A stretch of 64,000 bases of DNA from Actinomycetota bacterium. GTDB taxonomy: Bacteria > Actinomycetota > Acidimicrobiia > Acidimicrobiales > JAMCQF01. The position numbers were made by a program, and so were the translations under genes. Location: assembly GCA_023379605.1 (NCBI GenBank), contig JAMCQF010000164.1, forward strand, positions 297-64,296, in the 5' to 3' direction. Below, piece after piece: positions 46,760 to 55,041 of this stretch. The stretch's first letter is position 1. Each line of letters starts with the position of its first letter. A model generated the notes under the pieces. It searched no databases. It was not told the DNA's origin and saw nothing but the letters and a program-made list of their open reading frames with translations.

Positions 46760-47530
46760 GTGATAGATGTGGGTGCGAGCAGACTTTCTGAAGTTGAAAA
46801 GGCAAGCTCCCATGGGAGTGCCGCGCTTTGCTTTTCCAACGTATCTGCCTCATATGGACCTTATAGAGCGCTGTTCTCGGTGTCGTTCTCAGTGCCGGCA
46901 GGCTCGGTTGTGGCGCTTTTGGGGGCTAACGGTGCCGGCAAGTCCACCGTGGCAAGGGTCGCGACAGGCCTTGTGCCAGTAACAGGTGGTCATGTCTTCT
47001 TCCATGGCACCGATATCACAGGATGGTCAGCATGGCGGATCGCTAGGCTGGGTCTTGTTCACGCTCCCGAGGGTAGATCGGTGTTTGCAACCCTAACGGT
47101 TGAGGAGAATCTTGAGCTGGACTTCGTCAAGTCGGCCGGTCGACATCGAGCAGACCAAGCAGTCGAACGGGCCTACGGCTTCTTCCCTCGTCTAAAGGAG
47201 CGACGCCGCCAGCTAGCAGGGACGCTCTCAGGGGGTGAGCAGAGAATGCTCTCCTTGGCCCGCGTGCTATCTGTCCCTCCCAAGATGCTCATTGTCGATG
47301 AGCTCACCTTCGGGCTTTCCCCTGGCATCGCTGCAGAGGTCTTTTCCTCGTTGCGAGCGCTCAAAGACCAGGGATGCACTTTGCTTGTCGTAGAGCAGCA
47401 TGTGCACCAGGCTCTTGCCATTGCGGAGCGGGCCGTGGTCCTCGCGCATGGCAGCATCGCGTATGAGGGCCCGATCTCCGAGATGGGGGACTTGGCGGAA
47501 CGCCTGCTAGGCGGCAAGACCGCCAGCTGA
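46760..47530 (+). CDS. ABC transporter ATP-binding protein (LivF-like)
   Basis: GANGAGKST, LSGGEQRML, IVDELTFGLSP. The ORF opens at 46709 inside the preceding gene. GTG 46760 is preferred, 9 nt after AAGAGG. Confidence 0.85.
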   Translation: MIDVGASRLSEVEKASSHGSAALCFSNVSASYGPYRALFSVSFSVPAGSVVALLGANGAGKSTVARVATGLVPVTGGHVFFHGTDITGWSAWRIARLGLVHAPEGRSVFATLTVEENLELDFVKSAGRHRADQAVERAYGFFPRLKERRRQLAGTLSGGEQRMLSLARVLSVPPKMLIVDELTFGLSPGIAAEVFSSLRALKDQGCTLLVVEQHVHQALAIAERAVVLAHGSIAYEGPISEMGDLAERLLGGKTAS

Positions 47531-47618
47531 GCAACGGCCACCTACAGCTCGGCGACCGAGAGCGATTCCAAAGTCACTTTGGAATCGGTTAGCGAGCTGG
47601 CGGTCAAGCCCCCAGGTA

Positions 47619-48173
47619 TCAGCACCCCTTTGGTGCGGAACCTCCATTGTAGAGGGTAAGCAGGTTGCAAAGAGAAGCCTTGGCAAGGAGCCAGTGATTG
47701 TCCACTTGGACGGCATAGCCGGTGAAGTCCTTCAAGACCGGCTTGCCTCCCAGCAGGACCGTGTAAACCACCTTCGCGCAAGGCGTTGCGCCAACAGTCT
47801 TCTTGCATGTAGATGAGCTTGGAAAGGTAACCGCGTGGACCTGTGTGGCCACGCCAGCGCTTGCCTCAGAGCTTAGAAGGTGACCGAGCAAAGGAGAAAG
47901 CTCCTTGCCGTCTTGTATATCGGCAACTTTCTGCGAGAGTGGCTGATGGCTCGAGGTGCTTAGAACACTTGAGTACAGCCGATTCACATCCTTGCGGGCG
48001 ACGGACTGGTTAAGGCTCGGCGAGGAACTGCATGCAGCAAGCATGAGACCAGCTGCAAGTAGCACGGCCACCCTGGCAAGCACCCGTGGCGAGGCCATAT
48101 GGGGAGCAGTCACCCCGGTCCGGCCATTGCGATGAAGTAGTGGCAGCTCTAGGTGCTGCTTAGTAAGGTTCAT
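47619..48173 (-). CDS. hypothetical secreted lipoprotein
   Basis: ATG 48173 is preceded by AAGGAGG at 5 nt. Signal plus lipobox LLAAGLMLAACSSS. No family recognised. Confidence 0.6.
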   Translation of the reverse strand: MNLTKQHLELPLLHRNGRTGVTAPHMASPRVLARVAVLLAAGLMLAACSSSPSLNQSVARKDVNRLYSSVLSTSSHQPLSQKVADIQDGKELSPLLGHLLSSEASAGVATQVHAVTFPSSSTCKKTVGATPCAKVVYTVLLGGKPVLKDFTGYAVQVDNHWLLAKASLCNLLTLYNGGSAPKGC

Positions 48174-48399
48174 CTCTACCTCCTTGTGCTGTTGGGTTGT
48201 GCGCATAAGTTGTCGCTTCCATTGTTGCAAGCAGCACGTCGCAATCCATGGCAGGAGCTACCTGCAAGAAGGAGGTGGCTGGGCAAAGAGATGGCCCGAG
48301 CAGGATATGGCTGGCAAGAACGGTTGGAGGCGTGCTTCGAGCTTAGAGATGGTCCAACCATCTCTAAGCTCTTGAAGCTATCTGTGGCGTGGACTGGGC

Positions 48400-49308
48400 C
48401 TAGAACTGGGCCCCGAATGGTGGAACACCGCTTGAGCGGTCGCCGAACAGTGATGGCGCCGCATCGATCAGCTCCTTGGGGGTCCACCTCGAGTCGCGTC
48501 GCAGCTCACCAACAGTTGTGAAAGGCGACATGAGCCACACGGCTCCTCCATACACAACGAAAATCTGCCCGCTTATGTCCTTGGCATCGTCACTGGCAAG
48601 CCAGGCCACAACAGGTGCAACATTCTCCGGCGCCCACTCGTCAAAGCCTCCTTCCTTGGTGCTCATAGCGAAAAGGTTCTCTGTCATGCGCGTCCGGGCT
48701 CTTGGGGCAATGGCATTCACTGTCACCCCGACTTTTCCAAGCTCACGGGCGAGCACCCACGTGAGAGAGGCGATACCGGCTTTGGCTGCGGAGTAATTGG
48801 CTTGGCCCACGTTGCCATATAGTCCGGCTTCGCTTGAGGTGTTTATGATCCTGCCAGAGACATCCTCGCCTGCCTTGGATCGTGAGCGCCAGTGGGCGGC
48901 TGCAAAGTGAGACGGAGCAAAGTGCCCCTTTAGGTGGACCCGAATAACGTCGTCCCAATCGGACTCTTCCATGTTGAAGCTCATCTTGTCCCTTAGGATC
49001 CCCGCGTTGTTCACTAGGATGTCCAACTTGCCGAAGGTGTCCACAGCCTGTGATACGAGCTGCTCGGCACCTTTCCAGGTACTGCAGTCGTCGTAGTTGG
49101 CAGCCGCCTGGCCTCCTGTGGCCTTGATCTCGTCTACCACCTGCTGTGCTGGTCTCTGGTCAGCACTCTGCCCGGTAAGCTCCGCCCCGACATCGTTTAC
49201 GATAACGCTGGCTCCCTCGGATGCGAGCAGTAGGGATTCTCCTCGCCCGATTCCCCTGCCTGCGCCAGTTACTATGGCGACCTTTCCATCCAGAACACCC
49301 ATCTTCAA
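48400..49308 (-). CDS. SDR-family oxidoreductase (MFE-2 N-terminal / 3-hydroxyacyl-CoA dehydrogenase-like)
   Basis: 302 aa with TGAGRGIGRG, NNAG, YSAAKAG. Confidence 0.9.
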   Translation of the reverse strand: MKMGVLDGKVAIVTGAGRGIGRGESLLLASEGASVIVNDVGAELTGQSADQRPAQQVVDEIKATGGQAAANYDDCSTWKGAEQLVSQAVDTFGKLDILVNNAGILRDKMSFNMEESDWDDVIRVHLKGHFAPSHFAAAHWRSRSKAGEDVSGRIINTSSEAGLYGNVGQANYSAAKAGIASLTWVLARELGKVGVTVNAIAPRARTRMTENLFAMSTKEGGFDEWAPENVAPVVAWLASDDAKDISGQIFVVYGGAVWLMSPFTTVGELRRDSRWTPKELIDAAPSLFGDRSSGVPPFGAQF

Positions 49309-49499
49309 TCACCTTCCTTGTCCAGTTAATCGGTTACGGTTCGTTACAGCCTACGAGCCGCTCGCAGCATGGTCGAGATAGTGGCCAAGGTCAAGATGGA
49401 AAGCTTGGCCAACAGCTCAGCTTGGCTGTCTATGCAAGTGGACACCCCAGGGCGCTCTTTGGGTGCCACAGCGACAACCGCAGCGTGGCTTTGGACGAG

Positions 49500-50288
49500 C
49501 TACTGTATCAGCGAGCCAAGACCCACGGGGGCACGGTTGGTTATTGCAACCCCTCCAGCGCGCTGGTCAGTGATTGCCAGGTCCTGCACCTGGCTTGCTG
49601 GATCGAGGCGGAACCAGCCGTAGCTTGGATGGCTACCTAGCAGGCCGAGCGAGATCTTTCCCGAAGCAGAGATAGCCCAGAGCTGGTATGTCCTGTTGGC
49701 GGGCAGCTGCTCGAGAGAGGCATTGACGATGAATCCCTCTCCGTCCGGCAGGACCACTGCCTCAGCTACAGCTTGTCCTTTGGCATCGTTTATGGGCACC
49801 CTCCTTGCATTGGGTTGCAAGAGGGCTGCCATGGCGAGTTGGCGAACCCCTGTGGCTTCCACAGCGGTGCCCAGCGCGCTCACCCGCTCGTCCAAATGGT
49901 TGACCTGGATGCCGAGAAATGCCGCAAGGACAGCAGCTGCCACTGCGGCAGCGCTCACAGCCCATAGTGGCCAACGTTTCGCCGGCATAGAGTGACTCTT
50001 AGGGCGATTGAGCGCAAGCAGGGCGTGAGAGTCGTAGAGGCCCGTCTTGTCATTAGGTCCTCCGGACTCCATGGCTGCTGCAATGCGCTGCCACAATTGC
50101 ACTGGTGCGTCAGATCCCGTTGTGGCCATTGCCGAAGCGACTTCCCTGTAGCTGGCCACCTCTGCCCTGCAACGGGGGCAATCGCGCAGGTGGTTCTCTA
50201 CCTGTCTAGCTTCCACTGGATCCAAGGCATCGAGTGCGTAAGCTCCCAGCAGCTCTTCTATCTCTGTATGGACCTGGATCTCGCTCAA
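49500..50288 (-). CDS. anti-sigma factor (zf-HC2 N-domain, single TM, RskA-like extracytoplasmic domain)
   Basis: LLGAYALDALDPVEARQVENHLRDCPRCRAEV and TM WPLWAVSAAAVAAAVLAAFL. The TTG start overlaps the sigma-factor stop (TTGA). Confidence 0.8.
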   Translation of the reverse strand: MSEIQVHTEIEELLGAYALDALDPVEARQVENHLRDCPRCRAEVASYREVASAMATTGSDAPVQLWQRIAAAMESGGPNDKTGLYDSHALLALNRPKSHSMPAKRWPLWAVSAAAVAAAVLAAFLGIQVNHLDERVSALGTAVEATGVRQLAMAALLQPNARRVPINDAKGQAVAEAVVLPDGEGFIVNASLEQLPANRTYQLWAISASGKISLGLLGSHPSYGWFRLDPASQVQDLAITDQRAGGVAITNRAPVGLGSLIQ

Positions 50289-51067
50289 GGCTCTCTCACC
50301 CCGCTGTCTACAAGGGAGGATCTCATTCTACGCAGGCCGGTGCGAATCCTGGACTTTACCGTCCCTTCAGGCTGCTTCAGCTGGCCGGCCACCTCCTTAT
50401 AGGTATAGCCCCCGAAGTACGCAAGCTCTATGGCCCTGCGCTCGTCCTCAGGAAGTGATGCCATCGCCTGGCGTACCTGATCGGCTACGGCCATATCCCA
50501 GACGGCATGATCTACGTCATAGCCACTTGCCACAGTCCGCAGGGCGTCGCGCTCTTCTCTCAGCCGGCGGGAACGGTCGGACCGCAGCACATCGACAGAT
50601 CGCCCATGGGCTTGCACAAGCAGGTAAGTGCGAAGCGATCCCCGGTCAGGATCGTGGCGTTCTGGAGCGTTCCATAGCCTGAGAAACACCTCCTGGGTGA
50701 TCTCTTCAGCTAGTGAGATATCCCCGGTAACCCTGCGTGCCAGTGCATACACGGCTCCCCCATGGCGCCGGTAGAGCTCAGCAAGAGCATCTTGACGCCA
50801 CCGTCCTATGGCCACCAGCAGATTGGTATCGCTGGCGTTGGCGAGATCTAGATCTTCCCTCGTGTTCTGTAATACGGACCCAGCTCCATCTTGGATGTGC
50901 TCAAAGAACTGCTTGGGCCGATCTTCGCTCTGGTCTGCGAGCGCGCCGCCCTTGGCAGCTGAGCCATCTCGATCTTGCTGGTGCAACCGGAATACCTCCT
51001 GGATTGGCGTCCAGCCTACATCTGCCTGGGCATCTGAGCCCACCGTTCTCCATACGACTCTAGTCAA
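50285..51067 (-). CDS. ECF (sigma-70 family) RNA polymerase sigma factor
   Basis: Region 2 (LAELYRRHGGAVYALARRV, EITQEVFLRLW) and region 4 (RRAIELAYFGGYTYKEVAGQL). About 75 aa of N-terminal extension if TTG 51067 is used, so the start is uncertain. Confidence 0.85.
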   Translation of the reverse strand: MTRVVWRTVGSDAQADVGWTPIQEVFRLHQQDRDGSAAKGGALADQSEDRPKQFFEHIQDGAGSVLQNTREDLDLANASDTNLLVAIGRWRQDALAELYRRHGGAVYALARRVTGDISLAEEITQEVFLRLWNAPERHDPDRGSLRTYLLVQAHGRSVDVLRSDRSRRLREERDALRTVASGYDVDHAVWDMAVADQVRQAMASLPEDERRAIELAYFGGYTYKEVAGQLKQPEGTVKSRIRTGLRRMRSSLVDSGVREP

Positions 51068-51176
51068 GATCTAGAGGCTCCAGCCAACATGTGCGGTTCA
51101 GCTCAGCTCGGCCTGGTGAGTAGCTGGCATCTGCGCCATACACACAGGTGACATCCGGAAGGGAACTGGCTACGTA

Positions 51177-51590
51177 TTGACTTACATGCGTATGAGGGCG
51201 GCAATGACATTTGCAGCACTGGCTATGGCTATCTCGCTATCTGCTTGTAGCTCAGCCACGCCCTCCAACAAGCCCTTTTCCGAGGGCACAACTACTCCAA
51301 GCGTCGCGCCATACTCCAGCGGGCCGTCTGGCAACAAGTCCACCACGCTTGTGATCCATGATTTCGCCTTCCATCCCAAGGACTTCACGATTCATGAAGG
51401 TGAGCAGATTATCGTGAAGAACGAGGACGCTGTAACACATACCTTTACCGCAGATAATAGGGATTTCAATACCGGGGACATACTTCCAGGCCAAATAGTT
51501 AAGATCACCATCAATTTGCCACCGGGTAGCTACCCTTATCAATGCCTGATACATCCTTTCATGACCGGTGTGTTGACAGTAGTCAAATGA
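51177..51590 (+). CDS. cupredoxin (amicyanin/plastocyanin-like blue-copper) lipoprotein
   Basis: Lipobox LSACSS. Type-1 Cu ligand pattern His (VTHTF) ... YPYQCLIHPFMTG (Cys-x2-His-x2-Met). Confidence 0.8.
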   Translation: MTYMRMRAAMTFAALAMAISLSACSSATPSNKPFSEGTTTPSVAPYSSGPSGNKSTTLVIHDFAFHPKDFTIHEGEQIIVKNEDAVTHTFTADNRDFNTGDILPGQIVKITINLPPGSYPYQCLIHPFMTGVLTVVK

Positions 51591-51710
51591 AGGCAGTTCA
51601 AAGCGGGCTCTGCGCCCACGGAGGGCTCGAAGGAGCCTCTATCTGGCTCAGGGCAGCAAGAGGGCTGCAAGGCAACTTCTAGAACATACAAGCAAGGAGG
51701 AATCGCAAAC

Positions 51711-52562
51711 GTGACCATTGATGATAAGGCACTCTCCCAGCTCATGGAAGAGTCTCAGGACATACAGTCCGACTCGATGAAAGCATCCAGACTAGCACTA
51801 CACGAGATGGTTGATGCCGGCCTGGAACGAAAAGAAAGTGGAGATGAGGACCCAGCTCGCAATGCTGCTTTTGCCGCGAGGCGCTCCGGTTTGCTGCGCA
51901 TCGGTATGTTCGGCGTCGGCGCTCTCGCAGCAGCCGGGTTCGGCGCCGCTCTCGCGGCCCTAAGTGAATCCCAAGCGTTCGCTCAGTCGGCTACAGACGT
52001 GCAGGTGCTCCAGACCCAGGCATCCATTGAGGTGATAGCAATAAGCACATACAAGACCGCTCTGACGCTTCCTTTCATAGGCGGGAGCTCAGCAAATCCG
52101 GTGGTCAAGGCGTTCGCTCAGACCACCATGGCGCAGCACGAGGAGCACCTCAAGGCTTTCAACGCTTCAGTGCTGGCTCTCGGCGGGAAGGCTCAGAACA
52201 GCCCTGATCCCCAGCTGGTACCCATAGTCAATGCCGCGGTGGCCAAGATAACTGGGCCTTCAGGTGTAGTGGCGCTGGCTCTGGAGCTAGAGCAAGGTGC
52301 AGCGCAGACGTACCTGAACGACCTTCCTGCCATAGAGGACCACAATGCTCGCAAGCTAACCGCAAGCGTGATGGGGGTGGAGGCACAGCACGCCTCCGTG
52401 CTGTTGGCTGTCCAGGCCCTTTTGAACGGGGGGGCTCCTCAGCTGATCGCGTTGCCTACAGATCTTGCAGCACTTCCGTCGGCTGCCGGTTCGGTGGGTT
52501 TTCCCGACGCGTTCTATCCGACCTCGGGCGCTCTCTCTATGACGGCGGGGGCGATCAGGTAA
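51711..52562 (+). CDS. ferritin-like four-helix-bundle protein with twin-arginine-type signal
   Basis: GTG start 9 nt after AGGAGG. RR motif AARRSGLL followed by a hydrophobic region. Metal-ligand-like strings IEVIA, AQHEEHL, LELEQGAAQTY, VEAQHASV. Confidence 0.7.
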   Translation: MTIDDKALSQLMEESQDIQSDSMKASRLALHEMVDAGLERKESGDEDPARNAAFAARRSGLLRIGMFGVGALAAAGFGAALAALSESQAFAQSATDVQVLQTQASIEVIAISTYKTALTLPFIGGSSANPVVKAFAQTTMAQHEEHLKAFNASVLALGGKAQNSPDPQLVPIVNAAVAKITGPSGVVALALELEQGAAQTYLNDLPAIEDHNARKLTASVMGVEAQHASVLLAVQALLNGGAPQLIALPTDLAALPSAAGSVGFPDAFYPTSGALSMTAGAIR

Positions 52563-53386
52563 TGGCCTGGAAAAAGGTGATCAAGGAGAGAGTTGACATG
52601 GACATAAGTGAGCACGAGCTAACGAGAATGACCAAGGAGATGGACGAGCTTAACGAGGATCAGGGTCTGCCTCAGATGCAGCACGCTGCTCAAGAATGGA
52701 CCGAAGCCATTAAGGACCAGCTCGATCACAAGCGTAAGGGAGTGACGTCTCGAAGGTCTTTTTTGCTAGGGATCGGAGCTGTGGGTGGAGGAGCCTTGCT
52801 CGCAGCCTGCGGTAGCTCAACTTCTGCCACAAAGAGCAAGGCTGTGACCCCTGTTGCGCCGACATCTGCATCTAGCGCACAGCTGGATGATCTGCACATA
52901 GCCGCCATGGCGACGAGCCTGGAGAACCTCGCGGTATATGCCTATGGAGCTGGGATAGCCGCAGCCAAGGCCGGCAAGCTGGGCAGTGTCCCTCCTGCTG
53001 TGGTCACCTTTGCCGAGACCGCCAGGGCCCAACATCAAAGTCACGCCAACGCTTGGAACTCGGTGCTCACGGGCGCAGGAAAACCAAAGGTGACAGCCAC
53101 CGATCCTGTGCTCACCCCAGTGGTCAACGCCAAGTTCAAGTCTGTGACCAACGTGACCGAACTGGCTGAGCTGGCCCTTTTGCTAGAGGACACCGCTGCT
53201 CAGACCTATCTGGCAGGCATATCCGCCCTTACTGGTAGCTCTGCAATAGAGCTCGCCGGGAGCATAGAGCCCGTCGAGATGCAGCACTCAGCCATCTTGA
53301 ACTTCGTATTGGGCAAGTATCCCGTGCCAAACGCGTTCGAGCCAACTGCTCTTGCTCGACCGCTTAGCGACTATACGAGGCTCTAG
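52562..53386 (+). CDS. ferritin-like four-helix-bundle lipoprotein with twin-arginine signal (paralogue of preceding gene)
   Basis: TSRRSFLLGIGAVGGGALLAACG (Tat motif plus lipobox). SLENLAVYAY, AQHQSHANAW, LLLEDTAAQTY and VEMQHSAIL are collinear with the upstream paralogue. Confidence 0.7.
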   Translation: MAWKKVIKERVDMDISEHELTRMTKEMDELNEDQGLPQMQHAAQEWTEAIKDQLDHKRKGVTSRRSFLLGIGAVGGGALLAACGSSTSATKSKAVTPVAPTSASSAQLDDLHIAAMATSLENLAVYAYGAGIAAAKAGKLGSVPPAVVTFAETARAQHQSHANAWNSVLTGAGKPKVTATDPVLTPVVNAKFKSVTNVTELAELALLLEDTAAQTYLAGISALTGSSAIELAGSIEPVEMQHSAILNFVLGKYPVPNAFEPTALARPLSDYTRL

Positions 53387-53477
53387 GCCAACCCTTATCC
53401 ACCAGCGGCCCTGCTTGGATGGCGCCGGCTGAAGCTCAAACTACCGACGCAGCATTGACTGCCGCTGCATCTTTACT

Positions 53478-54011
53478 ATGGTTGACGATCGAGGTGCTGG
53501 CATGAACACATCTGAGCTGCTTGTAGACGCATTCGGGAGGATAAGAGGGGGTGTCCAGGAGGTGCTGGGGGGACTGCATCCCGACGTCCTTTCATTTAGC
53601 CCCGGACCACGGTCCAACTCCATTGCCTGGCTAGTGTGGCATCTGACCCGTGTTCAAGATGACCATGTGGCCAGTGCCGCAGGAAGTGACCAGGTTTGGA
53701 TATCGGCAGGCTTTGCCGAGCGCTTTGGGTTGCCGTTTGAGCCTCGAGCAACCGGCTATGGCCAACGGCCTGAGGAGGCGGCAGAGATGAAGGTGAGCTC
53801 CACAGAGCTGCTCTTGGATTACCACGAGGCGGTTTACCGAGCAAGTGTCGCCTACCTGGGTCAACTCGGCGAGAGCGATCTCGACAGGATCGTGGATCGT
53901 TCCTGGAGCCCGCCTGTCTCATTGGGGGTGAGGCTTGTGAGCGTGGTTGAAGACGGTCTCCAGCATGTGGGTCAAGCCGCCTACTTGAGGGGTTTGGCTG
54001 GCAGAGGATGA
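53478..54011 (+). CDS. DinB/YfiT-like (mycothiol-transferase-type) family protein
   Basis: 177 aa with NSIAWLVWHLTRVQDDH and GQAAYLRG, typical of DinB_2-type four-helix proteins. ATG 53502 is an alternative start. Confidence 0.75.
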   Translation: MVDDRGAGMNTSELLVDAFGRIRGGVQEVLGGLHPDVLSFSPGPRSNSIAWLVWHLTRVQDDHVASAAGSDQVWISAGFAERFGLPFEPRATGYGQRPEEAAEMKVSSTELLLDYHEAVYRASVAYLGQLGESDLDRIVDRSWSPPVSLGVRLVSVVEDGLQHVGQAAYLRGLAGRG

Positions 54012-54024
54012 TCGAAAGGCAGAG

Positions 54025-54130
54025 ATGACAGCTCTCCACCGACACTCAACCTGCTGCCACGTCGCGGGCACTTTCAGCAGAACGGGAGTCACTCATGACA
54101 GCTCCCCGCCTACACTCAACCTGCTGCCAC
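54025..54130. repeat. 36-bp direct repeat pair (33/36 identical) separated by 34 bp (locus D)
   Basis: ATGACAGCTCTCCACCGACACTCAACCTGCTGCCAC at 54025-54060 and ATGACAGCTCCCCGCCTACACTCAACCTGCTGCCAC at 54095-54130. Confidence 0.9.
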
Positions 54131-54207
54131 AGCTCAGCTAGCTCAATGGCGGTCCGCCTGCCACCGCAGATGAGGAACGCTCCTTTGGGACCGAAGATGT
54201 GTACAGG

Positions 54208-54289
54208 TGCGGGCGAGAGGACTCGAACCTCCACCCCCGAAGGGACCGGGACCTAAACCCGGCGCGTCTACCTATTCCGCCACGCCCGC
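54208..54289 (-). tRNA. tRNA-Leu (anticodon UAG)
   Basis: Minus strand: GCGGGCGTGGCGGAATAGGTAGACGCGCCGGGTTTAGGTCCCGGTCCCTTCGGGGGTGGAGGTTCGAGTCCTCTCGCCCGCA. It has a 7-bp acceptor stem, anticodon loop TTTAGGT, a long variable arm and a GTTCGAGTC T-loop. CCA is not fully encoded. Confidence 0.9.
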
Positions 54290-54411
54290 AGCACCTTAGC
54301 TGGCGAAGCCTAGCGCGCCGGGCATCTTCGCTGCTCTGCATTCGAGGTATGTTTGAGCTCGAGCACGCTGTATGTAACCCGAAGGACCGTTCGAGCCACT
54401 AGCCTCTTGTC

Positions 54412-55041
54412 ATGCCTGTGGAGCCATTGTCCCCATGTAAACCACCTTTTCTAGACACCCAGGCCCTGGCTGCTGGCGGGGCGGATCCTCTGGGAGACAT
54501 CTACCAGCGGCTGCTCAAGGAGAGAATTGTGTTCCTTGGGAGCCAGGTAGACCAGACGACTGCCAATCTCGTATGCGCACAGCTGCTCCTGCTCGAGGCT
54601 GAGGATCCAGACAAGGACATCTCGCTGTACATAAACTCGCCAGGTGGTTCGGTCACAGACGGTTTGGCCATCTATGACACGATGCAGTATGTGGGCTGCG
54701 ATGTGCGCACCATCTGCGTAGGGCTGGCGGCCTCCATGGGTCAATTCCTTCTGTGCGCAGGTGCTCCAGGCAAGCGCTATGCCCTGCCGCATTCCCGCAT
54801 CCTCATGCACCAGCCGTCGGGTCAGATGCAGGGTCAAGCGTCAGACATAGCCATCCAGGCCGAGCAGATCGTCTACTTAAAGCGCATGATGGCGGAGCGG
54901 ATAGCTTTCCATACTGGCCAGACCGTAGAGCGTATAGAGACCGACTCCGACCGTGACCGCTGGTTCACCGCTGAGGAGGCTAAAGAGTATGGCTTCATTG
55001 ATCAGGTGATCGATCGGTCCCGGTCGGCAGCCACCCCGTGA
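54412..55041 (+). CDS. clpP: ATP-dependent Clp protease proteolytic subunit
   Basis: [30 protein letters not shown] (Ser), ILMHQPSG (His), DSDRDRWF (Asp). No second clpP or clpX is adjacent. Confidence 0.95.
   Translation: MPVEPLSPCKPPFLDTQALAAGGADPLGDIYQRLLKERIVFLGSQVDQTTANLVCAQLLLLEAEDPDKDISLYINSPGGSVTDGLAIYDTMQYVGCDVRTICVGLAASMGQFLLCAGAPGKRYALPHSRILMHQPSGQMQGQASDIAIQAEQIVYLKRMMAERIAFHTGQTVERIETDSDRDRWFTAEEAKEYGFIDQVIDRSRSAATP

Noticed and set aside
19653-54130. Mini-CRISPR arrays: 36-46 bp repeats with 29-34 bp spacers at four loci
   Set aside because: Each locus has only two repeat copies, and the repeat sequences differ between loci. Two of them overlap coding sequence ends. There are no cas genes or leader-like sequences in the window. 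I therefore report them as repeats, not CRISPR; the possible link to off-target spacer integration is kept only as a hypothesis.
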